This document shows positions 24,322 to 33,655 of a stretch of DNA of 33,655 nucleotides, in pieces. The notes below the pieces were generated by a model. It was given only the letters and a program-made list of their open reading frames with translations, did no database searches and had not been told where the DNA came from. The stretch covers positions 1-33,655 of the forward strand of contig JAUCBJ010001955.1 of assembly GCA_032718475.1 (NCBI GenBank), written 5' to 3'. The first letter of the stretch is position 1. Each line of letters begins with the position of its first letter. This DNA comes from Nemertoderma westbladi (taxonomy: Eukaryota > Animalia > Xenacoelomorpha). A program made the translations under genes and the position numbers.

Positions 24322-25006
24322 ATGCGTAGGGACATATAGTACTAAGAAATAATGTCACACTGCGATATTAAGTGGGTAAATATGCCAACCTTTCGAATTG
24401 GCTGTACGAAATTAATTCAAATTAAAAAAACAAAAACGTCATCAGTTGATCATGCTGTATGTTCGATTCTAACGGGAGAAGCGTTGCGACTGGCTCTTTT
24501 CCTCTTTTTGTTTGAATGGTCACTTTTGCCGATTCACAATTTTCTTAAATAGTGTTTCAGTTTCTGGAACGCGACATCATTTTTAATTTTATTTCGGATG
24601 TAAATTAAGTATATTGTCATACTGTATAAAAACTTTACTCATTAATATAAATGAGAAAGTTTCTCCATTCAATCTATTTGACTATTGCTAGATACTGTAA
24701 CATATGTGTATTTATAAAATAAAATTGTTTATTATCAATAAATATTACGTTTACAGTTCATACTGTACAGTATAATATATGATGTGGTTTTCTAGGCCTA
24801 TTCAGTAGACAAACAGCGTTTGCTGAAGTGCCTGAATAGAAACTTTTTGCCGAGTATAATCTTTTTGATGAACTGTTGACAAATCGAGACCGTTTTGAAA
24901 CGCGAAACTACGAAAGTCACATAGAAAGAGTTAAATAGTCACGTCATAAAGATTCTTTACTTATTATTATTAACTGAGAGGGCGTAATCAATTAATATCA
25001 TTGAGT

Positions 25007-25655
25007 ATATCGTCCCTTTCATTTTCAAACAACCTAAATGACAAAATTGACTTTTCCTGTAATACAGCATTATTGATTCTAATTTTGTTTGCAAGTGATA
25101 CTCCAGGATTTTGGTCTTCTTTACTTTTAAATACATTAAATGTAACGATTTTAAACAAAAACCGTTTTGGTATTGGAATTATGTAACATATTAGGTAGGA
25201 AACTACAGTATCTATAGGTTGTTTCAAAAAAAATTATTACATTTTTTACAAAGATTACTCAAAAAGCATTAAAACCATTAAGACAAATTCGATTATTAAG
25301 TTTTAAAAATATAAATCAAATCCCCCCTATCATAATAAACAACAATTCTACCTCCTGACTCGATGTTTCCTATTTTATATCAACGTTTCCTGGCCTTACC
25401 TTATTTATAATAGTAACATGTATTATATACTGTACTACTGTAGGTTATTTTAAAAAAAATTTCGTTATCATGCGGTCTATACAAAACTGGCATATAGGTG
25501 GCTTTGAAACGTTATAATATATCAGTTATACGTGGGAGTATGGCCTTCTAAGTGTGTTAATCGGATTCAGAATACATTTTAACATAAAAATATGCAGAAA
25601 TCTCCATTTCGACAAAAATGGCATATAGGTGGTTTCTAAATGAAAGGGACGATAT
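25007..25655. mobile_element. Degraded MITE with ~34-bp inverted repeats
   Basis: atatcgtccctttcattttcaaacaacctaaatg (25007-25040) pairs with catataggtggtttctaaatgaaagggacgatat (25622-25655). An internal repeat of tggcatataggtgg occurs at ~25487. Confidence 0.6.
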
Positions 25656-25971
25656 TGTCACATTAAAAAAATGGTAATTTTAAAATAAAATAAAATAGTT
25701 TATTATCAATAGAGGTTATACATATAAGATAGTATATATACTGTATATATCTATACAGGTATAACAAGTAGTACTTCCCCAAACCGCAGAAAGGAAAGAT
25801 ATATATATATATATACTAAATTGTTCTGCCGCTGCCGGAACTATCCTCCAACTACGTACTGTAGATACACCTCTCATAAAACCCAGTAATACATTTTTAA
25901 ACATTTATTTTACAAATCCACCACCACATAGCAACAAAAGTAGATCTCATGCGAACATAGTTTATTAATTT

Positions 25972-26613
25972 TTATAGGTTGCAAAAGTTTTCAGAACAGC
26001 AGGTTAAGGAGCATTCTGTCTCGTCTGGGCTTTTGTGCGAACAAGCTTCTTGTTCTAATGTAGTACACTCCAGGTCATGTAAGTGTAGATGGTCCACAAG
26101 GGCTTGGGAATAGCACATTGGTATTGAGGTCGTTCCAGACCCATCTTCTCTGTTTAAAGTCTGAAATGAGATAATCACACATTGTTATTGTAGGCCTACC
26201 GGTGGTACCCCAGAATAACAAATTTTAACCCAAATGGAAATTAACGTGTCATTAACATATTGCCCAGCTTAAAGTAAAGTCAAGTTAAGTTCTTCGGCCG
26301 TTAGGCCCAGGATTAAACTGCACTCGTAGTGTACTACGTACATGTACACTGTCTACAATTGCAATGGGAATTTGACAATTTGAATTAACCGCCAAAAATA
26401 AATCAATTCACAGCGTGATTCTATCATTTTAATTTCACGGGCTATATGGAGCAGGGTGGCACATTTAAGGACTTAAAATCATGAGACTCTCAGGCTTACC
26501 GCGCAGAGATGACAATCTTCTAGGACAACCAATTTTCCATCGGGCTTCTCTTCAACGCAACTCAAACCGAATCCAACTACAACAAATGTTGCAAATACCA
26601 ACAATTTAAACAT
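25972..26613 (-). CDS. Secreted three-finger (Ly6/uPAR/toxin-like) protein, 100 aa, two exons: 26613-26500 and 26160-25972
   Basis: Exon 1 encodes the signal peptide MFKLLVFATFVVVGFG followed by LSCVEE...DCHLCA and ends at a GTAAGC donor (26499). Exon 2 follows a tcatttcag acceptor (26161) in phase 0 and ends TCCSENFCNL*. The mature chain has 10 Cys with the CCxxxxCN signature. AATAAA lies at 25961-25966 (minus strand), just after the stop. Confidence 0.85.
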
Positions 26614-27294
26614 TTTCACAGAAACTACTGTATATTTTTTTAAAGCAAACAATAATGAAATAGAAAATAATTCTATCAATCAATCAATCAATCACGCTTT
26701 CCTAGAATATTGCCAAATAATATTTTTGAACTCCTACACAATGCAGAGGGGTAGCTATGGGGGAAGGGAGGGAGTTGGGGGGGGGGGGGGGGTGTGTAGG
26801 AGGTTTGTTTGCCCGCTCCCGGGCCTGAGCCAAGTGCTTTATTACTTAAAACCGCTACCTTTATATCTCTATGTACAGTATAATTAGCCTACTGTAGAAC
26901 TCCAAAGTTTGATCGACAAATTTTACATCTCAGGGTCAGAGGGATGATATAAAGCATTAATTTATTTCCAAGTAATAAATAGTTATGAACTTATTTATAT
27001 ATTACTTTATGCGAATTCAGCGAGACTTCTGTAAAAATTTAAAATATGTGGATATTATTTCCACAAAAAATAGTAGCAAAAGTGAGTGTGTTTGACGAAC
27101 TACAATAACTGTATGGATGTAGGCCTACTGCTCATGTGCGAAAAAACTATAGTCCAACAATTCGTCAACACTACTCCGTCACCATGAAGATGTCATGTCG
27201 ATACACAGCCAGCACAAACGCCGACATTATTCCTACACAAAAACAAATCAACACAATGCCGCCACCATGTAGGCCTATACAGTACACCAAAACA

Positions 27295-28632
27295 TCCCAG
27301 ATACCATATGTTGACACTCAGCCAACACAAAAGTGGACAATGTGCCACCAGCACGTCTACGCTAAACAGACACCATACAGATACCATGCTGACACTAAGC
27401 CAACACAAATGACACTGTGCCACCAGCACGTCTACACTGCACAGACACCACATAGATACCATGCTGACACTCAGCCAACACAAATGACACTGTGCCACCA
27501 GCACGTCTATGCTGCAAAACCACCACGCAGAATCCATGCTGACACTCAGCCAACACAAAAGTCGAGACTGTGCCACCAGCATGTCTACGCTACACAGACA
27601 CCACACAGATACCATGCTGACACTCAGCCAACACAAAAGTGGACACTGTGCCACCAGCACGTCTACGTCTACACAGACACCACACAGATACCATGCTGAC
27701 ACTCAGCCAACAGCAAAAGTCGACACTGTGCCACCAGCACGTCTACACTGCACAGACACCACACAGATACCATGCTGACACTCAGCCAACACAAAAGTCG
27801 ACACTGTGCCACCAGCACGTCTACACTGCACAGACACCTCACAGATACCATGCTGACACTAAGCCAACACAAAAGTCGTGATTGGGCCACCAGCACGTCT
27901 ACGCTACACAGACACCACACAGATACCATGCTGACACTCAGCCAACACAAAAGTCGACACTGTGCCTCCAGCACGTCCACGCTACACAGACACCACACAG
28001 ATACCATGCTGACACTCAGTCAACACAAACGTCGACACTGTGCCAGCAGCACGTCTACTCTACACAGACACCACACAGATACCATGTTGACAATCAGCCA
28101 ACACAAAAGTCGACACTGTGCCACCAGCACGTCTACTCTACACAGACACCACACAGATACCATGCTGACACTCAGCCAACACAAAAGTCGACAATGTGCC
28201 ACCAACACGTCTACACTGCACAGACACCACATAGATACCATGCTGACACTCAGCCAACACAAGAATCGACACTGTGCCACCAGCACGTCTACTCTACACA
28301 GACACCACATAGATACCATGCTGACACTAAGTCAACACAAACGTCGACAATGTGCCACCAACACGTCTACACTGCACAGACACCACATAGATACCATGCT
28401 GACACTCAGCCAACACAACTGACACTGTGCCACCAGCACGTCTACTCTACACAGACACCACACAGATACCATGCTGACACTCAGCCAACACAAAAGTCGA
28501 CAATGTGCCACCAACACGTCTACACTGCACAGACACCACACAGATACCATGCTGACACTCAGCCAACACAAAAGTCGACACTGTGCCACCAGCACATCTA
28601 CACTGCACAGACACCACATAGATACCATTTCG
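27295..28632. repeat. 78-bp minisatellite, about 17 copies (some 75-bp variants)
   Basis: Consensus unit gacactcagccaacacaaaagtcgacactgtgccaccagcacgtctacactgcacagacaccacacagataccatgct (one copy spans 27541-27618). The plus strand is strongly A/C-rich. The array explains the repetitive 26-aa-period ORFs. Confidence 0.95.
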
Positions 28633-28950
28633 ACACAGACAAGACAACGTCGAAACTGCGCCGCCACCACTCCCACACTACGCCGACGCCGGTCTCCACA
28701 CTAAACGACAAACTTTCTTACAAAAGGTAAAGCAGGGAATCAGATTAGGAATTGTTGCATAGGCTCAAAAAATCCTCTTCGTATATACATTTTCAAAAAG
28801 GCAATCAAAAATGGCAATTATATAAACAATGATTATTGTACTAATGTACTTTACTAGAAGTCTTTGTGTAGTTACCGGTACCATTGTAAATGAATTATCT
28901 TTTAGATTGAAAGTGTATGATTATATCACAATTATAATAATTATTATAGA

Positions 28951-29090
28951 CAGGCTGGCGCCACTTGTCTATTCTGTATGGCTTGAGTATATGTCTCAGG
29001 CCGGCGCCACATGTCTATACTGTATGCGTTGTCTACATGTCTCAGACTGGCGTCACATGTCTACACTGTATCTTTTGTGTATATGTCTCA
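28951..29090. repeat. ~46-bp tandem repeat, 3 copies
   Basis: cag(g/a)c(t/c)ggcg(c/t)cac(a/t)tgtcta..ctgtat...atgtct occurs three times. Confidence 0.75.
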
Positions 29091-29271
29091 GTAGTGCTAT
29101 GTTTCATAGAAAGTGCAGAAAAATGAGCAATAGGCTACTAGTAGTATCGCAATCGAATCCGTTTTCATTAATTTCAATTTCACTTTTTTTCTCTGAAAAT
29201 TGGTTAGAAAGTTAAAACTTTTATTTCTTTTGTTATTTGTGGACGGCTAGGCAATAATCACAACCAAAAGC

Positions 29272-29545
29272 CATTGTTGCTCATTGTTGCTCGTTGCTGA
29301 TCGTTGTTTTTCGTTGTTGTTCGTTATTGCTCATTGTTTCTCGATGATTCTCGTTGTTGCTCATTGTTGCTCGTTGTTGCTCATTGTCCTCATTGTTGAT
29401 CGTTGTTGTTCCTCATTGTTGTTCGTTGTTGCTCATTGTTGCTCGTTGTTGTACTGTATTATTGCTCTTTGTTGTTCATTGTTGCTCGTTGTTGCTCATT
29501 GTTCTCGTTGTTGCTCGCTGTTGGTCATTGTTGCTCGTTGTGCAT
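29272..29545. repeat. Degenerate 10-bp TTGTTGCTC(A/G) simple repeat
   Basis: Run of ttgttgctca/ttgttgctcg variants, which produces the spurious hydrophobic and Cys-rich ORFs. Confidence 0.9.
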
Positions 29546-29605
29546 TTTAGCACCTACCCTTATACACCATGACCCGTAATATAGTGTCATTTTCTGATGA
29601 CACTG

Positions 29606-31960
29606 ACCCCCCCCCCCCCCCCCCCCCCGCCCCCCAGATTTTTCTACAAATCTTTATCATATTGCTTGAAATTTGAAACAGAAGTAGTTCAACTCACCGT
29701 CGTTGACCCCATCAAGCCGGAATTTACGATTTTCACTTTAATTTTTTTTATAAGCGTTTTAAAAAAGTGTCTTTTGCGAAATCGCATCCACCGTATCGTA
29801 GCCATTCTTCAAATTAGTCGTAATTTTTTCATATTATTAAAAAGCTAGCGTTACAAGGATTCCAATATCGTCGCTGCAGGCCATTTTTATTCTATCTAAT
29901 AAATACACAAAATTCTAGAACGTCTTATAAATTTTATGAGTTGGTTGGCAACAGCGGTATTCCTATCATATATCATATTCATATATCTATTGCGTAGCTA
30001 TTCATATTTCAATTTCAATTTCAATATATTTAATCAATCAAGTTGATATAAGATAATGTTTCAGTGAACATAGGAACATAGGAAATTAGCTTTAAATGTT
30101 TAAAATAACGATTACAAATCGGCCGGCGCACTAATAAAAGTTCATCTTTGCTTAAATTATAGTTAGGTAATAAAAACTAAAAATTGGTTCAAACCAATTG
30201 AGATTAGATATCCGCGCTTAAAGTGTTAAACCGTTCCGTCACTGGAGTCGATTCCAAAATATTCCAAGAGCTTCTCGTGCTTCCGACCAAATGATAATCC
30301 TGACAGTTCGAATGTGGCTTTAATAAAACCCGTTTTATTCATATCATTTGTCGATGCTGGTCCATTAGTTATACTTTCTAGAATTTTATTTTTCGAATAT
30401 TCGTAATAAACCATGGAATTTAAAGTGGGGCACGGGAATTCTCTCTGAGACATTTCCAAAAAGTAGAACCTAAGCCCTTATAATTGCGGGTTACATCGTT
30501 CAGCAGCAGATTGCTTTTGAGAGCTTTTTGTATCGTTTGATTAGGAGATATGTTAGCACGAATTAGTAGACGCGCTGCTGATCGGAAAGCTTCCATATCT
30601 AAGTCATTCGTGTCAAATAAGGAAAGAATGGTAGAGTTACTGGCATAATTCCCGTGAAATAGTAAACGGCGCAATGTTTTCCGGTACTTGGTGTTTATAA
30701 AATTCCTTTGACTTTCTGTTAACGAACGCTCCAAGGTTGAATGCAAAGTTGTAGAGGGTTGCAGGTAATGCATAAGACTTCCAAAGTGTTGCAATGTCGT
30801 CTGTTTTCAGTAGTTTTGCATTCCAACCAGCCCTATGGAATGTCTCGGATAGTATTACTATCGACTTTAAACAGTCATTATATGTCATTAATTCTAGAAT
30901 ATAGCTTGTATCCTTAAAACTTGATTGTTGGGGAGGCTGGAATTAATGTTCCGTTTATATTAATAATGCAAGGTGTTGTCTCTTTGTCGTCTCTAGCTGC
31001 AGTCATCCACTTTGTTTTGTCTATTTCTATTCGCAATCCCAGCTTCTGTAATTCAGAGTTAATTTCAGTCGCCATTAATTCAACTTCAGCAGGATTGTTA
31101 CATAATAACAGTATATCATCAGCATATATAATGCAACCAACCCAGGTGTTGTAGCTATGGCAACCAAGTCCCTTTGCTTGCAGATGTTTGCACCTATCCG
31201 TCAGGTAGAAGTGAGGTGAAATCAGTGACCCTTGTTTTACACCACGTTTGATATAAAACCCGTTGACATCTATTTCGCTGCCAAACCTAAAAAAAGATCC
31301 TACTGATAGAATAATATTCAATCAACAAGCGGCATATATGTGGGTTCATTCGGATAGAGAGTTTATAAAATAGCTTTAAATGGTCGATATTATCAAACGC
31401 ACATCAAGTCGGCACCGAGACTTTGTTTTTATGCCACCTGTGCGTCACTATTATCTAAAACTAAGTAATCCAAGTAGTTCCTCAATATAAGTGACTCGAA
31501 AATTTTCGCGAAAACACTGATCGAGCTAATCGGACGATAGGAAACACCCATATTAATGTCTTTTCCGTAGCTATTCATACATAAAAACAAAATGTTCCAG
31601 AACATCGTGTATTTATTAAATAGAATAAATGGTCTTCAGCGAATAATAATTATTGCAATCTTTGAAAGCCTATATCTCAGCTGTTTCTCAACGAAATTCA
31701 GATATTGTTACATATTTGGAATCCTTGCAACGCAAGCTGCTTAATGATATGAAAAAATTACGACTAATCTGAAGAATGGCCACGATACGGAGGGTGCGAT
31801 TTCGCAAAAGACACTTTTTTAAAACGCTTATAAAAAAAAATGTAAAGGCAAAATCGAAAATTCCGGTTTCATGGGGTCAACCACGGTGAGTGGAACTAGT
31901 GGTGTTTCAAATTTCAAGCAATATGATACAGATTTGTAGAAAAATCTGGGGGGGGGGGGG
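29606..31960. mobile_element. Foldback element with ~310-360-bp inverted arms (29606-29921 and 31595-31960), interrupted by a LINE
   Basis: poly-C + agatttttctacaaatct...aaagtgtcttttgcgaaatcgca is the reverse complement of tgcgatttcgcaaaagacacttt...agatttgtagaaaaatct + poly-G. The ORF track shows near-identical pseudo-translations on opposite strands (29597+ and 31828-). The inner arm shares ggaatccttgca with the 22570-23382 family. Confidence 0.88.
30007..31565 (-). mobile_element. 5'-truncated, degraded non-LTR retrotransposon (RTE/RTEX-like reverse transcriptase) with 14-bp TSD
   Basis: Minus-strand RT motifs in order: YRPISSISVFAKIFE (~31550-31490), AFDNIDH, GVKQGSLISP, GCIIYADDILLL, broken by frameshifts and stops. 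The 3' tail is (TTGAAA)n at ~30007-30025. The TSD CGTAGCTATTCATA lies at 29993-30006 and 31566-31579. Confidence 0.9.
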
Positions 31961-32016
31961 TCGTGTGGTAACATCAAATCATTATATACTGTAAGGTTGA
32001 AGAATGATTGCACTGA

Positions 32017-32131
32017 AATATCGCCGGAGACACATTTTTCAAACACTTGTAGCTAAAGATTGAAAGCAAAAATAAAAATTCTGGCTCACCCACGGAGGGG
32101 GAGGAAGGTGAAACTATCATGTTTCAAATTG
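32017..32131. mobile_element. Outer-arm fragment of the 22570-23382 foldback family
   Basis: atatcgccgga.acacattttt.aaac.cttgtagc.aaaga.tgaaagcaaaaataaa.attctggctcacc matches ~23242-23315. Confidence 0.75.
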
Positions 32132-32518
32132 GAAATATGCTTACGGTTCATGGTGTACAGTAAACTGTAATTGGTTAATGGCTGGCGGCAAATTCGAAAT
32201 TCCTATCTGGATGTCAGACTCGGAGTAGGCCCTAGGCCCTACGTATGGCGTTATTGTGTATTACAGTATTCAGGTATTACTGTACAGTATTACAGCATTT
32301 TGAGAGCTATAACATGGTATAGCATGCTGATGAATACTAACCCATAGCATTATTATTATCCAATACATTATTGTCAATTTCAGTTAAGGCCAAAGCAGTC
32401 ACTTATTGTAACACAATTAATTATGAAAAATCTTCTAATTTTATTATCGAAATTGTATGTGTGTAATCCTGGAATCGTGTTATTGCCCTGCATTGATTGT
32501 GTTTAATATCATAACGCC

Positions 32519-33460
32519 ATGGTTATTACTGGAAAGGCGAGAGAATGCTGTAAAGACTTTCTGGAGAATCTTGATGATGAATTTTCTGTTTTCGAAATAG
32601 CTAAAACTGTTGGAAACAGTCTTGTTAATGTTACCACAACAGAAAGTGCTGTACAAACCATTCTAGATTTATCGGGCAATTACTGGGAATTATTGTTATC
32701 TAGGAAACGAATCACAAAGCAGTCGATATTTAGATACTTACAACGGAAAGGTCAACTTGTATCACCGGCATTATGTAAAGCCAGTTTATACAAAGAACTT
32801 ATACATTTCTGGGGCCTTGATTCCACCCAGTACTCCGCTGGTGATATCATCGAGGATAACCGAGTGAGTTTATCTCATTCACCGCCGACTGTGGACTACG
32901 ACGTTTTTGGGCGCCAGTTTGTTTCGTGGTTTTATCAGATGCAGAACAGTGTGGTGTCTCCATCGATTGAGGGAACCCCTAACAACCAGTTTGTTTCTCA
33001 ACATTTCTGGAACGAGTCATCCCTCGAATTATCCGTAGAGAATCAACCTGGTGAAGGTGCTTCATTCGAACGATTCGCCGGTGGAGAAAATTGTATCGAG
33101 GCAATTAAAGGACTTATTGTAAAGGAACAATTATTATTCAACCCCAATTTAGTCGGAGGAATACGGAGTATCACATCTCCCTACGGCCTTGTGATGATTC
33201 AATGCTGTGGTACCGTGCACCGTGGGCAGGTGTCTCAGTCTGCTGACTGTGTCGGTGTGTTCGATCAGAGATTCGGGTTGGCCCGCGGTTTGGACGGCAA
33301 CTATCGCGTCAAAGTCTCCCATTTGGCTTTGCGGGGTTTTTGTATACCTCAAGGACAGGGGATGCCTGAGTTACCCTCAATCACAGCTGATTTAGATAAA
33401 GAGCTTCTCCAATTGGCTGTCAGTATAACCAATACAAATAGTCCAGTTACTAATGAATAA
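32519..33460 (+). CDS. C3orf38: C3orf38 (DUF4518) homologue, single exon
   Basis: 313-aa ORF with recalled C3orf38 blocks: ELLLSRKRITKQSIFRYL, FGRQFVSWFY, QHFW, LLFNPNL, SPYGLVMIQCCGTVHRG and CVGVFDQRFGL. AATAAA overlaps the stop codon. Confidence 0.88.
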   Translation: MVITGKARECCKDFLENLDDEFSVFEIAKTVGNSLVNVTTTESAVQTILDLSGNYWELLLSRKRITKQSIFRYLQRKGQLVSPALCKASLYKELIHFWGLDSTQYSAGDIIEDNRVSLSHSPPTVDYDVFGRQFVSWFYQMQNSVVSPSIEGTPNNQFVSQHFWNESSLELSVENQPGEGASFERFAGGENCIEAIKGLIVKEQLLFNPNLVGGIRSITSPYGLVMIQCCGTVHRGQVSQSADCVGVFDQRFGLARGLDGNYRVKVSHLALRGFCIPQGQGMPELPSITADLDKELLQLAVSITNTNSPVTNE

Positions 33461-33655
33461 AGTGGATTTCTTTCATCACTACTGTAATATGTTCGATTTA
33501 CACACTAAATAGTTGCTACTGTATAGAGTTGCTGTGGTGGCCCAGAAAGCTTTGTCAGCTTAAAAATAACGTACCTGTAACGCAAAATAAAGTATGTCGT
33601 GTTTTTATTGACGCAAAATGACCGTAAACACCAAATAGGCCTACATCATGTCCTG

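Noticed and set aside
27295-28632. CRISPR-like array
   Set aside because: The whole 78-bp unit repeats with no unique spacers; there are no cas genes and the context is eukaryotic.
29284-29572. Hydrophobic and Cys-rich ORFs resembling membrane proteins
   Set aside because: Translations of the TTGTTGCTCR simple repeat.

Overview
Eukaryotic (animal, probably invertebrate) genomic DNA: AT-rich and rich in repeats. It is not prokaryotic, and no CRISPR array, rRNA or tRNA gene was seen. Four long single-exon ORFs are recognisable: an OTUD3 deubiquitinase (550-1734 +), an 11-finger C2H2 zinc-finger protein (12119-14011 +), the nicotinic-receptor chaperone RIC-3 (21283-22338 -) and a C3orf38/DUF4518 homologue (32519-33460 +). 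The ORF track splits a fifth gene in two: a two-exon, 100-aa secreted three-finger (Ly6/uPAR-like, CCxxxxCN) protein at 25972-26613 (-), about 3.6 kb upstream of RIC-3 on the same strand. A ~3.4-kb tandem duplication (13645-20482) copies the 3' end of the zinc-finger gene. Intergenic DNA holds MITEs/foldback elements (one hAT-type with a perfect 8-bp TSD), a tRNA-derived SINE, degraded LINEs (one nested in a foldback element with a 14-bp TSD) and a 78-bp minisatellite. Regions upstream of the genes are dense in short TA-bounded words (TAGGCCTA, TACCGGTA, TACAGTA/TACTGTA) that resemble accumulated transposon excision footprints. All family assignments come from motif recognition by eye, not from database searches.
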